From contig CAJTSP010000002.1 in the NCBI GenBank assembly GCA_910578965.1, forward strand, positions 1 through 62,477: DNA of 62,477 nucleotides. The letters run 5' to 3'. The first letter of the stretch is position 1; every line of letters starts with the position of its first letter. The position numbers and the translations under genes are program-made. The notes under the pieces were generated by a model that saw nothing but the letters and a program-made list of their open reading frames with translations, made no database searches and had not been told where the DNA came from. This document shows positions 54,012 to 62,477 of this stretch, piece after piece. This DNA comes from an uncultured Oscillospiraceae bacterium. GTDB lineage: Bacteria; Bacillota; Clostridia; Oscillospirales; Ruminococcaceae.

Positions 54012-54053
54012 CAAAAGGCCCCGGCCGGCTGCAAGGAAAACCGGCCCGGGGCC
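54012..54053 (-). terminator. possible terminator after the RpiR regulator gene
   Basis: Arms at 54017-28 and 54041-53 (one bulge), then a minus-strand TTTTgTT. Confidence 0.5.
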
Positions 54054-54062
54054 GCCAAAAGG

Positions 54063-54917
54063 TTACAGGTGTTTTTCGGCCAAAGCGTCGCTTACCAGCC
54101 GGCGGCGGGCGCGGCAGCTCTCGATGTCCTTGCGGCAGACTTCCGAAAAAAGGATGTCCAGCACAAAGATCATGGCCACCCGCGCGGCTACCGAGCCCTG
54201 CTGGATGGGGGTCTCGTTGGCGCCGCACTGCAATACCACGTCGGCCATGGCCGCGCCGGGGGATTTGGGGAACCGGGTGATCAAAATCAGCTTTGCCCGG
54301 CGGCGGTGCACCAGGCTGGCCGCCTGGATGAGGTCCCGGGTGGAGCCGGAGTAGGAAAAATAGAGCACCACGTCCCCCGGCGAAAGCTGGGCCGCCGCCA
54401 CCGCCTGCATGTGGGAATCGGTGACCGCAAAATACTTGCTGAAGGCGGTGGAAAACAGGTGCGCCGCCTCCTGCGCCATCACCATCGAGCCGCCCTGCCC
54501 CATGCACAGCACCTTGTCGGCCCCGTCCAGCAGCCGGCCGGCGGCCGCGATGGCCTCGGGGCGGATGAGGCTTAGGGTCTCCTCCATGGCGGCAAGGTCG
54601 GCCGAAAAGACCTTTTGGCACATATCGGGGATGCTGTCCTCGGCCAGCACCTCGCCCGAGAGGGGGTTGCCCGTGCCCCGGGCAGCGGCCGCGTTTGCCA
54701 CCGCCAGCCGGAAGGCGTTGTAGCCCTTGCAGGCCAGCCGCTTTACAAACCGGCTGATGGTGGCCTCGGCCACCCCGCAGGCCTCCGCCAGCTCGGAGAT
54801 GGAAAAATACTGGGTCTTGCCCTGGTGGATCATCACATAGTCCGCCACCTTTTTTTCGGCGGCGGTCAGCCCGTAATAGCTGCTGCTGATCCGTTCAAAA
54901 ATATCCTCGGACGGCAT
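54063..54917 (-). CDS. MurR/RpiR-family transcriptional regulator (HTH_6 + SIS)
   Basis: ORF 54063..54935. AAAGGAGGGG RBS before the ATG at 54917. ISELAEACGVAEATISRFVKRL and a SIS GQGGS motif. Confidence 0.88.
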   Translation of the reverse strand: MPSEDIFERISSSYYGLTAAEKKVADYVMIHQGKTQYFSISELAEACGVAEATISRFVKRLACKGYNAFRLAVANAAAARGTGNPLSGEVLAEDSIPDMCQKVFSADLAAMEETLSLIRPEAIAAAGRLLDGADKVLCMGQGGSMVMAQEAAHLFSTAFSKYFAVTDSHMQAVAAAQLSPGDVVLYFSYSGSTRDLIQAASLVHRRRAKLILITRFPKSPGAAMADVVLQCGANETPIQQGSVAARVAMIFVLDILFSEVCRKDIESCRARRRLVSDALAEKHL

Positions 54918-55067
54918 GGGTTCCCCTCCTTTCACCGGGTGTTTTGGGAAATGCCTGTTTTTTGCGCGGGCCGCGGGGTTGCGTCAGGCGCGCGGGCCGC
55001 GGGGTTGGGCCGGCGGGGCGCAGCGTCCCGCCAACGCGCAGCGCCCCGCCGGCGCACGGCGTGCCCG

Positions 55068-56267
55068 TTACCCCAGCAGTCCGCCCAGCATCTGGTCCAC
55101 CATCGATAGCGAGCGGGGCAGGTGGAAGGGGCCCTTGAAGGTGGAGCCCTTGGTGGAGGGCATGGTGGGCTTGCCGTCCCGCCTCAGGTACCCGTACCAC
55201 TCGCCGTACTCGGGGTCGGCAAAATGCTGCCGGCAGTAGTCCACCGTTTTATAGAACCAGTCAAGATACTTCTCCTCGCCGGTATCCCGGTAGAGCATCA
55301 GCGAGGCGATCAGGATCTCGTTGTGGGGCCACCAGAGCTTCATATCGTGCTCGTAGGCCTCGGGCGGCTTGCCCAAACAGTCGGTAAAATACAGCAGGCC
55401 GCCGTACTCCTTGTCCCAGCCGGCCTCGATGGCCCAGTCAAAGATCTGCGCCGCCTTTTGTACCAGCGCCGCATCGCCGGTGCGCTTTGCGTGCTCCAGC
55501 AAAAACCAGACCCCCTCGATGTCGTGCCCGGGGTTCACGGTGCGGCCCTCGGTGTAATAAAGGCGGGGGGTGCCGTCCAGGTCCACGTTTTCCAGCAGGC
55601 ATTTCAGTTCGGGCTTTACATGGTAGCGGAAAATTTCGTCCACACACTGGGCGGCGCGCTCCTCGTACAGCGCCGCGCGCTCGGGGTCCACCCGCTGCAA
55701 AACGCTGGTGACGTTCAGGATGATCATGGGGGTGCCAAAGGCGCGGCCGGAGCGGGTTTCGGGGATGGTTTTGGGCCCCAGGCCGGTGGGGTCGGGCATG
55801 CCGTGGGCAAGGTCCCAGTAAAGGTCGTAGGCGCGGCGGGCGCGGGCAAGGCAGTCGGCCTCGCCGGTAACGCCGTAGTATTCGGCGTTGGCCAGCGCGT
55901 AAAACGCCTCGGAAAAATAATACCGGCGCTGGCGCAGCGGCCGCCCCTCGGCTGTTACGGTAAAGTACATCCGGCCGCCCGCTTCGCGGTTGATGCAGTG
56001 GGCCTCCATAAAATCAAGGCAGCTCTTGCTGGCGGCCAGCCACTCGGGCTTTTTGCCGTACAAATGGCACAGGTAGGCAAAGATCCAGCCGCACCGCCCC
56101 TGCATCCAGACGCTCTTGTCGATGGAATATACCTCGCCGGTGCGGTCCAGGCAGGTGTACACGCCGCCGTGCTCGGCGTCCATGCCGTGGGCAAGCCAGA
56201 ACCTGGTGCAGCGTTCCAGCTCGGTTTGCACCCATGTCCGCACTTTTTGCATTTTCTCACGATCCAT
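55068..56267 (-). CDS. N-acylglucosamine 2-epimerase (AGE / renin-binding-protein family)
   Basis: ORF 55068..56405 (TTG). The ATG at 56267 (MDREKMQKVRTWVQTELERCTRFWLAHGMDAEHGG) is typical for AGE. alpha/alpha-barrel repeat pattern; W/Y-rich. Confidence 0.8.
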   Translation of the reverse strand: MDREKMQKVRTWVQTELERCTRFWLAHGMDAEHGGVYTCLDRTGEVYSIDKSVWMQGRCGWIFAYLCHLYGKKPEWLAASKSCLDFMEAHCINREAGGRMYFTVTAEGRPLRQRRYYFSEAFYALANAEYYGVTGEADCLARARRAYDLYWDLAHGMPDPTGLGPKTIPETRSGRAFGTPMIILNVTSVLQRVDPERAALYEERAAQCVDEIFRYHVKPELKCLLENVDLDGTPRLYYTEGRTVNPGHDIEGVWFLLEHAKRTGDAALVQKAAQIFDWAIEAGWDKEYGGLLYFTDCLGKPPEAYEHDMKLWWPHNEILIASLMLYRDTGEEKYLDWFYKTVDYCRQHFADPEYGEWYGYLRRDGKPTMPSTKGSTFKGPFHLPRSLSMVDQMLGGLLG

Positions 56268-56611
56268 TTTTGCCTGCTCCTTTCGTTTTTTCAAAAAGTG
56301 GAAAACTCTCGTTGAACTTTCACAGTTTGTTTTCTTAGTATAGCATCGATAAAAGTATTTTTCAACAAAAAAGTGTTCAGAAAATTGTTTTCTCTGATTT
56401 GGCAAAAAGGGATGACAGCCGCGCCGGGCCGTGGTATGATACAGCTAAACAGGGGCCGCGCGGCAAGGCGGCCATCACAAGCAAGGCGCTGCCCGGCAAA
56501 GCAGCCCGGCAGCCAAAACAGGGGCCGCGCGGCCGGCCCTTTCCATCCCCCATCCCCCGCAGCAGCAGGAGGCCCCTGCTTTTGCGCCCAACAAAACGGA
56601 GGTAGAAACAG

Positions 56612-57994
56612 ATGAACCACCTTGGCATTGAAGTAAACCCCAAGCACTCCCCCAAGCTGGACCCCAATTACCTGCCCCTTTACCAGTTTAACCACGCCTT
56701 TTTGAAGGGCGCGTCCCATCCGGTGGGCATCGCAGTGGAACGGGCGGACGGCCAGATGGCGGTGTGCGAGACCTTTATCCACGGCACCCCCGAGATGCAG
56801 GAGGCCGACTGCTACTACATCAATCGGCTGGTCAAGACCATCCTGTGGATGAAGGGCGGCTTCAAGATTTATGTGCGCGGCAGCCGGATGATCTGCGAGT
56901 ACCTGCAAAAGGCCTATTCGGCCGAGGGCTGCCAGGCCTTTGACTGGGACTATATGGCAAATGTGTTTGAGCACCCGTTTGAGGTGGTGGCCTGCGAAGC
57001 GCTGCCCGAGGCCAAGGACAGCCCCAAGGCGATCGGCCGGCATCTGGACGGCTGCCGCATCGGGTTTGACGCCGGCGGCTCGGACCGCAAGGTCTCGGCG
57101 GTGATCGACGGCGAGAGCGTCTTTTCCGAGGAGGTGGTCTGGTTCCCCAAGACCAACTCCGACCCGGACTACCATTACAACGGCATCGTGGCGGCCCTCA
57201 AGGCGGCCGCGGCCAAGATGCCCCGGGTGGACGCGGTGGGCGTTTCGAGCGCGGGGGTGTACATCAACAACCGCACCATGAACGCCTCGCTGTTTTTGCA
57301 GGTGCCCAAGGACCTGTTTGACCAGAAGGTCAAGGACATCTACATCCGCGCCATCACCGACACCTTTGGCGATGTGCCCTATGCGGTGGTAAACGACGGG
57401 GACGTCTCGGCACTGGCCGGGGCGATGAGCCTGGAGGACGATAACGTGCTGGGCATCGCCATGGGCACCAGCGAGGCGGTGGGCTATGTGGACCCGCAGG
57501 GCCGCATCACCGGCTGGCTGAACGAGCTGGCCTTTGTGCCGGTGGACGCCGCGCCCGGCGCCATGCGGGACGAGTGGAGCGGCGACATTGGCTGCGGGGT
57601 CAAGTATTTCAGCCAGGATTCGGTCATCAAGCTGGCGCCGGCCGCCGGCATTGAGCTGGACGAGGCCCTCTCCCCCGCCGAAAAGCTCAAGGTGGTGCAG
57701 GGGCTGATGGCCCAGGACGATGCGCGCGCCGCCGACATCTACGCCTCGATCGGCGTTTACCTGGCCCACGCGCTGGCCCTTTACTACGACCTGTACCAGT
57801 ATAAGCATGTGCTGCTGCTGGGCCGGGTGATGTCCGGCAAGGGAGGCGATCTGATCCTGAGCACCTGCAAGGAGGTGCTGGCGGACGAGTACCCCGAGAT
57901 CGCCGCCGTCATCAACCCCACCCTGCCGGACGAGAAGTTCCGCCGGGTGGGCCAGTCGGCCGCGGCCGCCTCGCTGCCCGAGATCGTAAAATAA
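56612..57994 (+). CDS. ROK-family sugar kinase with ~150-aa N-terminal extra domain
   Basis: GFDAGGSDRK (ATP-binding DxGG), VGVSSAGVY, and GIAMGTSEAVG in the ROK core from about residue 155. GGAGG RBS. Confidence 0.75.
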   Translation: MNHLGIEVNPKHSPKLDPNYLPLYQFNHAFLKGASHPVGIAVERADGQMAVCETFIHGTPEMQEADCYYINRLVKTILWMKGGFKIYVRGSRMICEYLQKAYSAEGCQAFDWDYMANVFEHPFEVVACEALPEAKDSPKAIGRHLDGCRIGFDAGGSDRKVSAVIDGESVFSEEVVWFPKTNSDPDYHYNGIVAALKAAAAKMPRVDAVGVSSAGVYINNRTMNASLFLQVPKDLFDQKVKDIYIRAITDTFGDVPYAVVNDGDVSALAGAMSLEDDNVLGIAMGTSEAVGYVDPQGRITGWLNELAFVPVDAAPGAMRDEWSGDIGCGVKYFSQDSVIKLAPAAGIELDEALSPAEKLKVVQGLMAQDDARAADIYASIGVYLAHALALYYDLYQYKHVLLLGRVMSGKGGDLILSTCKEVLADEYPEIAAVINPTLPDEKFRRVGQSAAAASLPEIVK

Positions 57995-58005
57995 GTTTTG
58001 CCTGC

Positions 58006-58040
58006 GCCGGCCCGCTTTGCGGGCCGGCCTATGGTGTTTT
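58006..58040 (+). terminator. possible terminator after the ROK gene
   Basis: gccggcccgc-ttt-gcgggccggc hairpin (58006-28), then ctatggtgTTTT. Confidence 0.45.
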
Positions 58041-58198
58041 AGGGCGCAAACGCGCTAAACCAAGCCATGGCCGGGCGGGGTCCGGCCCCTGCCGGTTTCT
58101 GATTTATTGTGATTGATTGAAAGAAAGGCCGCTTGGCCCGGCGCGCCCGCGCGCGGCCGGGGGCGGCGGCGCAACACGCGCAAAAGGGGTTTTGTTGT

Positions 58199-58879
58199 AT
58201 GAAAAAACACATCGTCTGCCTGGGCGATTCCAACACCCACGGCTACTGCGCCGACCCGGCCGACTGCGCCGACCCCCAGCTTGCCCGCTTTAACGAGGAC
58301 GAACGCTGGACCAAACGGCTGCAAAAGGCGCTGGGGGAGGATTACCTGGTGCTGGAGGAGGGGCTTTCGGGCCGCACCACCGTCTTCAGCGACCCGCTGT
58401 ACGAGGGGCTGGACGCCTTGAGCTACCTTTGGCCCTGCCTGAAAAGCCACGAGCCGGTAAGCCTTTTGGTGATCATGCTGGGCACCAACGACACCAAGGA
58501 GCGTTTTGGCATGAACGCCTTTGCCATCGGCCTTGGCATGCGCCGGCTGGTACAGAAGGCGCAGACCATCGACTGCTGGGGCCCCGGCGGCCGGCCCAAC
58601 ATCCTGATCGTGGCCCCGCCCATCATCGGCGAGGGGGTGCTTACCAGCCCGGTGGCGGACGAGATGGGCACCATGGGCCCCGGCTGCGTGGAAAAATCCC
58701 GCAGGGTGCCGGCCGAGTTCCGGCGCATCGCGGCCGAAAACGGCTGCCATTTTTTGGATGCCAACGAGCTGGGCTGCGAATTTAACCAGATCGACTTTAT
58801 GCACCTGACCAAAAAGGGCCATGCCCGGCTGGCCGAGGCGCTGGCCGGGCGGATCCCCGCGCTGTTGGCCGATGTTTAA
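58199..58879 (+). CDS. SGNH/GDSL hydrolase (candidate sialate O-acetylesterase)
   Basis: ORF 58133..58879; ATG at 58199 (MKKHIVCLGDSNTHG). Block I GDS, block III LGTNDTK, block V DFMHL. Confidence 0.8.
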   Translation: MKKHIVCLGDSNTHGYCADPADCADPQLARFNEDERWTKRLQKALGEDYLVLEEGLSGRTTVFSDPLYEGLDALSYLWPCLKSHEPVSLLVIMLGTNDTKERFGMNAFAIGLGMRRLVQKAQTIDCWGPGGRPNILIVAPPIIGEGVLTSPVADEMGTMGPGCVEKSRRVPAEFRRIAAENGCHFLDANELGCEFNQIDFMHLTKKGHARLAEALAGRIPALLADV

Positions 58880-59504
58880 CCCGGAGGCGTTTTTTTGGCG
58901 CTGGTGCAGCCATCTTTTGGACCTGATGGTGCTGAGCCTTTTCTGGTTTTTTGCCAGCCTGCCGCTGTTTACCATCGGCGCGGCCAGCACCGCCCTGTAC
59001 GACGCGGCGGTGCACGGCGTGCGCCGGGGCGAAGCGGGCGGCTACCGCCGCTTTTGGCGCACCTTTGCCGCCGAGTTCAAAACCGCCCTGCCCGCCACCC
59101 TGCTGTTTGGGGCGCTGCTGGCGGCGGTGTGGGCGGGCTACAACCTGATGGGCTTTTTGATGGCCCGGCAGCCCGCCGCCCAGGCCGGCCTTGCGGCCTA
59201 CGCGGTGCTGGGCCTTGTGCTGATGGGCTACCTTTGCTGGCTGTTTGCGCTGCTTTCCCGGTACGAGTTCCGCTTTGCCGCGCTCTGCCGTACGGCCTGG
59301 CAGTTCTGCATCCTTCACCTGCCCCGCACCGCCGCGCTGGCTTTGAGCCTTGCGGGCAGCGTCTGGCTGTGCACCCGGTTTATTGTGCCGCTCTTTTTTG
59401 TCCCCTGCATGCAGGCGCTGCTGGCGGCCATGCTCATCGAGCCGGCCTTTGAAAAACACACCCCGGCCCCGGACGGGCCGGACAGCGGGCCGGGCGGGGA
59501 ATAG
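58872..59504 (+). CDS. YesL/DUF624 family membrane protein
   Basis: ORF 58821..59504. The ATG at 58872 overlaps the SGNH stop. LMVLSLFWFFASLPLFTIGAASTALY is typical of DUF624. Confidence 0.7.
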   Translation: MFNPEAFFWRWCSHLLDLMVLSLFWFFASLPLFTIGAASTALYDAAVHGVRRGEAGGYRRFWRTFAAEFKTALPATLLFGALLAAVWAGYNLMGFLMARQPAAQAGLAAYAVLGLVLMGYLCWLFALLSRYEFRFAALCRTAWQFCILHLPRTAALALSLAGSVWLCTRFIVPLFFVPCMQALLAAMLIEPAFEKHTPAPDGPDSGPGGE

Positions 59505-59580
59505 CCCGCCGCGCGGGGCCGGAATATGCGCTTTGCGCAAGCATCAAGGACGCCCTTACCATCCAGCATTAAAAACGCAA

Positions 59581-59618
59581 GCAAAGCGGCTCGGGCATGT
59601 TTGCCCGAGCCGCTTTGC
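59581..59618. terminator. 17-bp perfect hairpin between convergent genes (bidirectional terminator)
   Basis: gcaaagcggctcgggca-tgtt-tgcccgagccgctttgc. A-rich 5' flank and T-rich 3' flank. Confidence 0.8.
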
Positions 59619-59624
59619 TTTATG

Positions 59625-62237
59625 TCATAGCTCCCTCATAATTTCTACAAACTGCTCAAGCTTATAGGCCCCGTCAATCCCAAAATCCTTGTCCTTAAAT
59701 ACCATAAAATAGCGATAGTTCGGCCCCGCCTGCGCCTGCCACTGGCGGCCAAGCTCCAGCTTCATCTTGCTGTCGCTGTTATCCCGGTCATCGCCCTTAA
59801 ACTCAATCAGCACCAGCTTCCCGGCCTTTGTCATGACCATGAAATCAGGATAATGGTTGATGTTCCCATTAAGTCGGAAGCCCTTGCGCTCAATGATCCG
59901 GTGCCACCACCTGATGTTGCCCAGCCCCACCACAATGTCAATCAGGTTTCGCTCCTCCTGGTTCATATCGTCCTTCTCGGCATCGTATAGGGAATACGGG
60001 ATCGTATCAATCGTCTCAGCGGGGGTAATAACCTGCGGCAAAGTATAGGACTCCCTGCATACCACCTTCCCGCTGTCCAGCCACTTCTTGAATTGAGCCG
60101 TCCGGTAAACCCGCTCCAGCCCGTCAATCTTGTGCTGGATTTTTCGCGCATAGGTGGCAATCGCCGTTTCCATCGCCGCCAGCTCGTCCTCCGTCATGTT
60201 CTCCACTACGCGATGGACATATGCGCTGATCTCCTGGGCGGCATAGCGGTCATTCCGGTTGAGGTTTCCGCAAATCAGATCAACACATTTCTGTACCTTC
60301 TTCTCCGGCGGCAGTTTCGCCAATCGTTCTCGGATATACTCGCTTTCCTCCTTGGAGGCCCGCATATACTTGGGGATTGCCTCGCCCTTCTCCTGGATAT
60401 CCACCCGGTACATCTCGCCGGTGGCCAGTTCAAAACTGATCTGCGCGTCCTGGCCGCTGAGAGAAAACCCCTCCGACAGATTTTCCGCCTCCAGCAACTC
60501 ATACTCCCCGCCGAACAAATCAGGTGTACCTTTGAGGAAAAACTGCGGAATACGCAAAGCGGAAGCTTCCGCTGCAAACGGAGGCTGCATGGCGTTTTGG
60601 TTCAACATCTCTCCCAGCTCTCCTCCCCAAAAGCCTGAGCTGCCGTTCTTCTTCATCTCCGCATCGTAGCTGTCCGCCTGACGCTGCGCGTTCTGGAGCA
60701 TCTCTCTGAGGGGAGAATCAGGCTGCTCGGTTCCGCCCTTTAGGGCCTTTTTTACTGCCTCCGTATCAACATCATCAAACGAATCTGTTTCTGCGGCGGG
60801 AGCGTTGCCGCCGAGTTCCATCTGTGCCGCTTCATCCGGCTTAGGCGCGGGAGCGGGATCGGGGGCTTCGCCCACCCGGAAGTCCTTCCGGCTGAATCCC
60901 GCCATATTCAAACCGCTCACAATACTGTCCAGAGTATTCCTGAAATCGTTGGAGCAGGTAAACACATAGGACATATTCAGCAGCGGAGAATTGTGCCGTT
61001 TTGCATAGGGCTGGCGGAGGATACGGCCCAAAATCTGCTCCACATCCACCTTGGAGGTCTTATTCGCCAATGACGCCAGAATGTACGCAAAGGGGCAGTC
61101 CCACCCTTCCTTGAGGGCGTTGACCGTGATAATGTACCGGATCGGACAATCCCGGCTCATGAGGTCCGTGTTCCCCAGCTCGTCCACCTTGGAGGTTTTG
61201 ACCGCGATCTCCTCTTTTGGAATCCCCATATCCACCAGCATGGCTTTGATCTTATCAAAGGTTTCGCTGTCCTCGTTGATCTTGGGCTGGGCCTGGAACA
61301 GAACAATAGGGCGTATGTATTCCCCGCCCGCTTCATTCTCCGCTATCGCCTGACGCTCAATGCTGCCCCGAAAATGAATGGCGTCCTGGATCACGCTCTG
61401 GCGGGAGGTGCGGTTATACACCACCACCGGGAGCTTCACCATGTTCTCTTTTTTCAGCTCCCGCGCGTCTACATAGGATAGAATATTGCTGTTCTTTCTG
61501 GGGGTGGCGGTCAAGTCCAGTACAAAGGACGGGTTCAGATTGTTCAGCATTTCCACGCTTAAATCAGACCCGGCGTTGTGGCCCTCGTCCACCACTACCA
61601 CAGGGGACAACTGCCGCAGTACCTGGATCAGCGCCGTGTCCGGCGTATCGGCCAGCAGTACGGTGTCATCCTTGAAATACTGGGCAAATTTCAGCAGGTT
61701 CCCATTCTCCTGATAGACCTTGCGTACATCCTTCTTCTTGCTGTCAATGCGCAGAGAGGCGTAACTCAGCACACAGACCGTAAGCATCTCCCGGACGGTA
61801 TCGGGAGAAAACTGCTGGCCGCTCAGGAGCATTTCCTTCGTATACACGTCCACCCGCCCGGCAAAGTCCGAATTAAGCCGCAGGCGGTATTCGTGGTCCG
61901 GGTTGGACAGGTTCCGAATGGTCTGCGTCAGAATGGAATCCGACGGTACCAGCCACACCACCACCTGGGGCTTGTCCAGAGGCATGGTGTCAAAAATGCG
62001 CTTGAGGGCGGCGCAGGCCATAAAGGTTTTCCCGCCGCCGGTGGGGACTTTCGTACAGACGTGGGGAACGCCGGGAATGGCGGACCTGTAGGCCGGGACG
62101 CCGCCCAGCCCCACGGGGATGTCCTTGTCCATCCAGTAGCCTTTCCAGGCGGCGAACAGTTCGCGGTCCTGGTTCAGATGGCCCAGGTAGGCGGACAGAT
62201 CGTCCATAACCTGCTTTTGATAGGTTTTCAGCTCCAT
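59625..62237 (-). CDS. Type III restriction-enzyme Res-like SF2 helicase with C-terminal PD-(D/E)xK nuclease
   Basis: Motif I KVPTGGGKT, motif II VVVDEGHN, TATP, and motif VI QILGRILRQP. The C-terminus HYPDFMVMTKAGKLVLIEFKGDD has a D...ExK pattern. GGAGG RBS. Confidence 0.8.
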   Translation of the reverse strand: MELKTYQKQVMDDLSAYLGHLNQDRELFAAWKGYWMDKDIPVGLGGVPAYRSAIPGVPHVCTKVPTGGGKTFMACAALKRIFDTMPLDKPQVVVWLVPSDSILTQTIRNLSNPDHEYRLRLNSDFAGRVDVYTKEMLLSGQQFSPDTVREMLTVCVLSYASLRIDSKKKDVRKVYQENGNLLKFAQYFKDDTVLLADTPDTALIQVLRQLSPVVVVDEGHNAGSDLSVEMLNNLNPSFVLDLTATPRKNSNILSYVDARELKKENMVKLPVVVYNRTSRQSVIQDAIHFRGSIERQAIAENEAGGEYIRPIVLFQAQPKINEDSETFDKIKAMLVDMGIPKEEIAVKTSKVDELGNTDLMSRDCPIRYIITVNALKEGWDCPFAYILASLANKTSKVDVEQILGRILRQPYAKRHNSPLLNMSYVFTCSNDFRNTLDSIVSGLNMAGFSRKDFRVGEAPDPAPAPKPDEAAQMELGGNAPAAETDSFDDVDTEAVKKALKGGTEQPDSPLREMLQNAQRQADSYDAEMKKNGSSGFWGGELGEMLNQNAMQPPFAAEASALRIPQFFLKGTPDLFGGEYELLEAENLSEGFSLSGQDAQISFELATGEMYRVDIQEKGEAIPKYMRASKEESEYIRERLAKLPPEKKVQKCVDLICGNLNRNDRYAAQEISAYVHRVVENMTEDELAAMETAIATYARKIQHKIDGLERVYRTAQFKKWLDSGKVVCRESYTLPQVITPAETIDTIPYSLYDAEKDDMNQEERNLIDIVVGLGNIRWWHRIIERKGFRLNGNINHYPDFMVMTKAGKLVLIEFKGDDRDNSDSKMKLELGRQWQAQAGPNYRYFMVFKDKDFGIDGAYKLEQFVEIMREL

Positions 62238-62249
62238 AACGCCGCCTCC

Positions 62250-62477
62250 TCACAGCTTCGAGATGTCCCGTGGGATTTTTTTGAAGGTGATGTGCCACCG
62301 CTCCAACTCTGCTTGACTCAGGGTGCATTGGTCGGCGTAAATCGTGTACCGGCCCGCCTTGGTTTTGATGCTCCCCAGAAAGTCGCGGCCCAAGGTGGTG
62401 AGGCTGTCACGCTCATAATAGAAATAATAGGCGCTGTCCAGGTGGACGCCCATATAATAGGGCTCGTCCTCTTTACC
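62250..62477 (-). CDS. C-terminal fragment of the upstream gene (probably the Mod DNA methyltransferase of the Type III pair); 5' end beyond the window
   Basis: The reading frame is open to the window edge (...GKEDEPYYMGVHLDSAYYFYYERDSL...ITFKKIPRDISKL*). The stop lies 12 nt before res. Mod identity is inferred from position only. Confidence 0.45.
   Translation of the reverse strand, partial: GKEDEPYYMGVHLDSAYYFYYERDSLTTLGRDFLGSIKTKAGRYTIYADQCTLSQAELERWHITFKKIPRDISKL

Noticed and set aside
56291-57808. 505-aa minus-strand ORF opposite the ROK kinase gene
   Set aside because: Antisense shadow. The plus-strand frame has an RBS and ROK motifs.
1-62477. Search for tRNA, rRNA, CRISPR arrays, IS elements, integrases and prophage genes
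   Set aside because: No cloverleaf-like conserved tRNA boxes, no regularly spaced direct repeats, and no transposase or integrase-like translations in any frame of the ORF track.

Overview
This is a high-GC (by eye roughly 60%) Firmicutes/Clostridia-style chromosomal window. The gene content suggests an anaerobic gut Oscillospiraceae-like organism, but that taxonomy is inference only.

Layout:
(i) 1-23.0 kb: a long minus-strand surface-glycan locus of the ABC-transporter-dependent type. It holds one Wzm permease, two Wzt-like ATPases, GT2/GT4/DUF4422/CgeB-like transferases, a CapE/FnlA-type UDP-GlcNAc dehydratase, a PseC-like aminotransferase and a truncated Pse-cluster-type methylase. Three features stand out: an unusual carrier-protein-dependent acylation cassette (adenylating ligase, DltC-like carrier, AAC(3)-fold transferase, DmpG-like aldolase, cyclase-family hydrolase, VOC protein, DUF4910-like protein), three sets of duplicated genes, and a G9 tract inside one paralog. 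A perfect consensus promoter followed by a ~400-nt GC-rich leader heads the locus.
(ii) 23.0-25.0 kb: a sharply AT-rich one-gene island encoding an orphan membrane-anchored helical-repeat protein.
(iii) 25-43 kb: housekeeping genes (Met T-box leader + metNIQ, sufC/sufBD-like, plsY, der, DUF512, rpmF, yceD-like, a mini P-loop protein, pgi, a DD-carboxypeptidase, mtaB, an [FeFe]-hydrogenase-like protein).
(iv) 43-48.6 kb: an intramembrane-sensing two-component system, an XRE regulator, an unannotated micro-ORF and an ABC-2 exporter.
(v) 48.8-59.5 kb: a sialic-acid utilisation locus using the lyase/AGE-epimerase/ROK-kinase route.
(vi) 59.6 kb to the end: a Type III-like restriction-modification pair (res complete, mod truncated).

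I saw no rRNA, tRNA, CRISPR array or transposase. My best candidate for an undescribed system is the acylation cassette together with the duplicated exporter/transferase architecture of the glycan locus. The AT-rich orphan gene is second.

All family calls come from motif recognition in the supplied translations; no database search was possible. Many long ORFs in the track are antisense shadow ORFs typical of high-GC DNA and are rejected. Coordinates of RNA and regulatory features may be off by a few nt.
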